A DNA stretch of 64,000 nt from an uncultured Pseudomonadota bacterium. GTDB taxonomy: Bacteria > Oederibacteriota > Muellerivitia > Muellerivitales > Muellerivitaceae. The stretch is from positions 23,213 to 87,212 of the forward strand of contig CAVYRH010000020.1 in NCBI GenBank assembly GCA_963770835.1, in the 5' to 3' direction. Both the position numbers and the translations under genes were made by a program. Shown piece by piece: positions 59,851-64,000 of the stretch. The notes under the pieces are model-generated. The model was not told the DNA's origin. It ran no database searches and saw nothing but the letters and a program-made list of their open reading frames with translations. Numbering within the stretch: the first letter of the stretch is position 1; each line of letters begins with the position of its first letter.

Positions 59851-61353
59851 TTAGCGGGGTTTTGAGGTGGGAACCATCAATTTGAAGACTTGGAAGGAAC
59901 CTTCTCTCAAAATTACCGACTTTAAATAGGGTTTTAAACTCTTCGAGTCGGATAAGGCAGGATCGTTTGTATAAAGGTATCTTGCTCCTCGCCGGATATA
60001 GCTTTCTAAACGCGGCTTCCCATCTACCGGAGACTCCAAATCGGCTTTGTCGTTGAATCCGAACCCCTTCTTATGCAGGAAATAAAAATAAATCGTGTGG
60101 GACTCGTCCGGGCCGACCACGCAAAGCTCACTATTGGGAACGGCCTTCTCCAAATCCTCGCGGGAACTTTCCTCGTATAGCTCGAGGGGCACAGCCTTGT
60201 CCTTGGACCAGAACCGGTGCGGCACGATCCTAAAAAAAGCCAGGGTTGGCTGGGCCAGGAGTAGAAAAACGAAAACCCACTTGTACCGGGAATCCTTGAG
60301 AAACATTCCCCCCCAGACCGCGAAAACCAAAAGCAATGGCAGGAACGGCAGAAGGTAGTAGGAATGAACGGCCATCTTCCCCAGTTCGATGAAGTAATAG
60401 GCCAAAACACCCAAGCCCCAGGCGGCCAGCGGCAAAAACCAGGCCGACTTCCATTTTTTCTCCCGGATGCAAACGATGGCGCCCAAAACGCAAAAGATAA
60501 ACGTGGCGTAATTCAGGAGGAGTTCCGGCACCTCGCTCACGGCGTTGTGCCAAACCGTCTTCACCGCCCAAAGAAAGCTGGGGGCCGGCGTGAAGCCTAT
60601 GTCGTAATCCGTCAGCCCGCTTACGCGGATCAAATGGGCGGCGTAAAAATACCAGCCCAGCGTCAGGCCCACCGACACCAGCGCGTAAAAGGCCAAGGCC
60701 GCGATTCGGGCCCCCTTGTACTTCCCTTTTTCCGTAAGGACGATTGCGGCGATGGGAAAACCGATGACCAGGTGCTGGATCTTGGCTAGGCCGCCGGTGG
60801 TCGCGGCCAAAAGGCTCAGGCCGTAGGGGGCGGCGCCCCCTTGTTTGAACCAACGGATGAAAAGGGCCAGGCCCCAGATGGAACAGGTGAGGGCCAGCAC
60901 GTCGGGCAGGGCCGAAATGCCGAAGAAGAAAAGCTCGGGGCTCCAGCAAAAGCCCCAGGCGCCCAAGGCGGCCGCCCAGGGGCTGGCGAAGAGGATGAGA
61001 AACAGCTCGTAGGCCCCCCAAACGCCCAACATGAAAATCGAAAAGGAAACCACCCGGTGGACGTAGTTGTGGAACCCCACCAGCTTATAGCCCAGGGCCA
61101 CCAGGAACTCATAGGCCGGAAACTGCATCCCCGTCACGCCGTCAGTGTCGAACCGCTGGTCGATCCGCGGGCGCAGGGGGTTCATGCCCTCCTCGTATAA
61201 GTTCCGCGCCACGGCCAGGGTGCTGCACTGCCGCCAGACGTGGATGCTTTGGGGGGGAAGGTCCATAAAGGGTAAATGTAAAAGAAGGCTCAGTAGAAGG
61301 CACAACCCGAGGACCTTTTTCTTGGAGGAAACAAGACTATCGAGGATGGCCAA
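59851..61353 (-). CDS. ArnT/PMT-like GT-C membrane glycosyltransferase
   Basis: HVWRQ...VARN, QFPAY, LPDVLAL, LAK, HSYY; many TM helices. Confidence 0.85.
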   Translation of the reverse strand: MAILDSLVSSKKKVLGLCLLLSLLLHLPFMDLPPQSIHVWRQCSTLAVARNLYEEGMNPLRPRIDQRFDTDGVTGMQFPAYEFLVALGYKLVGFHNYVHRVVSFSIFMLGVWGAYELFLILFASPWAAALGAWGFCWSPELFFFGISALPDVLALTCSIWGLALFIRWFKQGGAAPYGLSLLAATTGGLAKIQHLVIGFPIAAIVLTEKGKYKGARIAALAFYALVSVGLTLGWYFYAAHLIRVSGLTDYDIGFTPAPSFLWAVKTVWHNAVSEVPELLLNYATFIFCVLGAIVCIREKKWKSAWFLPLAAWGLGVLAYYFIELGKMAVHSYYLLPFLPLLLVFAVWGGMFLKDSRYKWVFVFLLLAQPTLAFFRIVPHRFWSKDKAVPLELYEESSREDLEKAVPNSELCVVGPDESHTIYFYFLHKKGFGFNDKADLESPVDGKPRLESYIRRGARYLYTNDPALSDSKSLKPYLKSVILREGSFQVFKLMVPTSKPR

Positions 61354-61599
61354 CCCTGTTCCTTTTAAAGGCGAAATGGATTTTCATTTTACAGGATGAT
61401 GAAAAAGTCCGAACGACAGACTTTTTCATATATGTGTCGCGGATCACCCTTTGAAAAACAAAGGGTTTTAAGCGATTCGCTCCCAACCCGTGGCTGTAGA
61501 CAGGGTGTAAAGGCACTTTTTAGCACCCTGTTAGGAATCATTTGCGCGGAACGGTATTAAGAACCGGCCATCCCCAGCTGTCAAGGGACAGCCCCGGAC

Positions 61600-61747
61600 G
61601 GTAGTGCATCAGTTTGAAAAGAAAATGTTTCTCCACCCTCTCCCCTCAAGGGAGAGGGGGAAACAGCACTAAAAACCCTCGCCCCTTGGGGGAGAGGGTA
61701 GGGTGAGGGGTGTCTTAAGGTCGTCCAACTCAACCTGAGTCACTACC
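61600..61747. mobile_element. MITE-like element 1 (148 bp) with REP-like core
   Basis: TIRs GGTAGTGCATCAGTTTGA / TCAACCTGAGTCACTACC (15/18); flanks CCCCGGAC / CCCCGGGC (7/8 direct repeat); internal CCCTCTCCC...GGGAGAGGG palindromes. Confidence 0.7.
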
Positions 61748-61854
61748 CCCCGGGCAAGCCGGGGCCTTGGCGGCCGGTAGATTACACGACTATGGGACGA
61801 CAAGGGATACCCCGCGTGTAAATTACACGACTTGGGGGACCGGATAAGGGCCCA

Positions 61855-62110
61855 GGTGGAACGCCGCGTTCCACCCCAAACATGGGATTTTGGAGAATCC
61901 CCAAAAAACCTTATTTTGGTGTTACGCCGCGTAACACTCAAAATAAGGGTTTTATGAAAATTTCATAAACCGGCTTATCTTGCGTCCAATTATGTTCAGA
62001 CTCTAAACATAATTGGACGTGAGAATCGGGGGCGGAACCGCCAGGCTTAAAACACCCATAAAACCCTTATTTTTAAACTTGCGCGGCGCAAGTTTCAAAA
62101 TAAGGGTTTT
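61855..62110. repeat. Cluster of near-perfect palindromes
   Basis: GGTGGAACGC-C-GCGTTCCACC; two related AAAACC(C)TTATTTT...AAAATAAGGGTTTT hairpins; TTATGAAA-A-TTTCATAA; CGTCCAATTATGTT...AACATAATTGGACG. Confidence 0.85.
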
Positions 62111-62113
62111 AGG

Positions 62114-62290
62114 GATGTTGACTCAGTTTGAGGGACTGAACCGCATTCACCCTCACCCTACCCTCTCCCGTCAAGGGAGAGGGAGATAGGAAAAAGGCTT
62201 AAATCCGGATTCCCTCGCCCCTTGAGGGAGAGGGTTAGGGTGAGGGGGTGCTTTGTGGCGCCGTTAGTTAAATCAACCTGGTACATCACC
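62114..62290. mobile_element. MITE-like element 2 (degenerate paralogue of element 1)
   Basis: Ends GATGTTGACTCAGTTTGA / TCAACCTGGTACATCACC; internal CCCTCACCCTACCCTCTCCC..GGGAGAGGG and CCCTCGCCC..GGGAGAGGGTTAGGGTGAGGG. Confidence 0.6.
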
Positions 62291-62340
62291 AATGCTCCCC
62301 CCCTCGCCCTTCACCCGCCGGGCAGGCTATAACTAAGGCC

Positions 62341-63972
62341 ATGAAAGACCCCCAACCCGCCCAGACCCCCTGGGCCGAGGCCCACAAGCCGAGGGCCATG
62401 CTTCGATGGGTTTTATCGTCCTCGGGCTTCAGCCCGACGGGTGAGGTGTGGCGGGGCAAGGGGCGAAGCCCTAAAGCGGCCCCGCCCTCCTACTGGCTGA
62501 CCCGCTTCATGATCCTGCGCCTGCTGGGGTTCGTTTATTTCTTCGCTTTCCTTTCCCTTGCCACCCAGTTCGCCCCCCTGCTGGGCGAGGACGGCCTAAC
62601 CCCCATCTCCCACTTCCTCATCCGGGCCTCCGTGGGCGCCGGTTCCATCACCCGCTGTTTCTTCGAACTTCCCTCCCTTTTTTGGTTCTTCAATTCGGAC
62701 GGCCTCATGACCACCCTGGCCTGGGTGGGCACCGGCCTGTCGCTCCTGGTGCTGTTGGGCTACGCCAACGGCGTCCTGCTCCTCGTCCTTTGGGCCCTCT
62801 ATATGTCCTTCGTGCACGTGGGGCAGGATTGGTACGGCTTCGGCTGGGAAATCCAACTGCTGGAAACGGGCTTCCTGGCCGTCTTCCTGGTCCCCCTCTT
62901 CGACGGGCGCCCCTTCCCCCGCACGGCGCCGCCGCCTTTGGTCGTCTGGCTCTTCCGCTGGCTCATCGCGCGCATCATGCTGGGGGCGGGCCTCATCAAG
63001 CTCAGGGGCGACGAGTGCTGGCGCGACCTCACCTGCCTCAAGTACCACTACGAAACCCAGCCCATTCCCAACCCCTTGAGCCCCTACTTCCACTTCATGC
63101 CCCTTTGGTTCCACAAGGCCGGGGTGCTTTATAACTACCTGGCCGAACTGGCCTCGCCCTTCCTCATCCCTTTCGGGAGAAGGCTTTGCGCCCTAGGGGG
63201 CCTCTTCATGCTGGTCCTACAGGGTATCCTTATCCTCAGCGGCAACCTTTCTTTCTTGAACTACCTGACCCTGGTGCCCATCCTCAGCTGTTTCGACGAC
63301 GGCCTTTGGGCCAGGGTCCTGCCCCGGGCGCTGGTGGAAAGGGCGCGAAGGGCGCGGGAGGAGGCGGTGGTTTCCAAGCCCCAGTTGGTGGTCTCCTGGG
63401 TGCTGACGGTAGTGGTGGGGTTGCTCAGCATCGGCCCCGTGGCCAACCTGCTCTCCCCCCAGCAGGCGATGAACACTTCCTTCGAGCCTTTTAATTTGGT
63501 GAACACCTATGGTGCCTTCGGGAGCGTAGGGCGGGAGCGCCTGCAGTTGGTCATCGAGGGAACGGCGAAAAAGAAATTGTCGGGGAAGACGGTCTGGACA
63601 CCCTATGAATTCACGGCCCAGCCAGAGGACCTGAAGCGCCCTCCCGTGGTCTGCGCGCCCTACCAGCCCCGGCTGGACTGGCAGATCTGGTTCGCCGCCA
63701 TGTCGGACCCCAGCCAATATCCCTGGGTTTTTCATTTGGTTTGGAAGCTGTTGAGGAACGACCCTGTGACCCTCGGCCTTTTCGCGGGGAACCCCTTCCC
63801 CGGGGGCCCGCCCCATTACATCCGCTTTAGGCTTTTCCGGTACAACTTTGCGCCCTTAAACCACCCCGGCGGTTTCTGGTGGGAAAGGACCGAACTTGGC
63901 CTTTGGCTTCCGCCCCTCTCGGCCGACGACCCGAGGCTTTTAAGGATACTGCAGGCCTACGGGTGGAAATGA
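62341..63972 (+). CDS. Lipase maturation factor (LMF1) family membrane protein
   Basis: WYGFGWEIQLLETG, GLIKLRGD, YHYETQPIPNP, SGNLSFLNYLT, PRLDWQIWFAA. Confidence 0.93.
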   Translation: MKDPQPAQTPWAEAHKPRAMLRWVLSSSGFSPTGEVWRGKGRSPKAAPPSYWLTRFMILRLLGFVYFFAFLSLATQFAPLLGEDGLTPISHFLIRASVGAGSITRCFFELPSLFWFFNSDGLMTTLAWVGTGLSLLVLLGYANGVLLLVLWALYMSFVHVGQDWYGFGWEIQLLETGFLAVFLVPLFDGRPFPRTAPPPLVVWLFRWLIARIMLGAGLIKLRGDECWRDLTCLKYHYETQPIPNPLSPYFHFMPLWFHKAGVLYNYLAELASPFLIPFGRRLCALGGLFMLVLQGILILSGNLSFLNYLTLVPILSCFDDGLWARVLPRALVERARRAREEAVVSKPQLVVSWVLTVVVGLLSIGPVANLLSPQQAMNTSFEPFNLVNTYGAFGSVGRERLQLVIEGTAKKKLSGKTVWTPYEFTAQPEDLKRPPVVCAPYQPRLDWQIWFAAMSDPSQYPWVFHLVWKLLRNDPVTLGLFAGNPFPGGPPHYIRFRLFRYNFAPLNHPGGFWWERTELGLWLPPLSADDPRLLRILQAYGWK

Positions 63973-64000
63973 CGCTTTTCTGGTCACGTTTCTGGGGCTC

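Noticed and set aside
61738..61770. GTCACTACCCC...GCAAGCCGGGG as an IS200/IS605 end or HEARO/omega RNA start
   Set aside because: Better explained as a MITE TIR plus duplicated target; no tnpA, tnpB or iscB nearby. Not fully excluded without a covariance search.
61669..61941. 90-aa minus-strand ORF
   Set aside because: Runs through palindromic repeats (ends PLTLPSPPRGEG, a typical repeat translation); no domain signal.
61983..62019. TTATGTT-containing palindrome as a dif site
   Set aside because: No XerC arm at 6-bp spacing; the arms are arranged as a simple inverted repeat.

Overview
A 64 kb chromosomal window from a diderm bacterium with GC-rich coding regions; most genes lie on the minus strand. 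It is mainly housekeeping, envelope and signalling genes: mfd with three SurA-family foldase genes, rex, a two-component pair, cutA, an adenylate cyclase, PGM and GMP-PMM, an Mrp-DUF971 fusion, an NRAMP-like transporter, hppA, dsbD, amtB-glnK, htpX, a sigma54-driven porin with a second P-II gene, an ArnT-like glycosyltransferase and LMF. Highlights: (1) an ORF missing from the ORF track (1855 to <1) that fuses a SurA chaperone, through a Pro/Ala/Thr linker, to a C-terminal outer-membrane beta-barrel; (2) an ~18 kb cluster of three large secreted Thr/Pro-linker proteins sharing a T9SS-CTD/FlgD-Ig-like tail, with many modules bracketed by Cys pairs; (3) an IS5-family element with 19-bp TIRs and a 5-bp target duplication that splits an AT-rich membrane-protein gene; (4) TIR-bounded miniature elements and a dense run of palindromes at 61.6-62.3 kb; (5) frameshifts in amtB and in one large surface gene, two of them at G tracts (sequencing error or phase variation). 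No rRNA, tRNA, CRISPR array, RT or phage genes were recognised. All calls come from reading motifs by eye; no searches were run.
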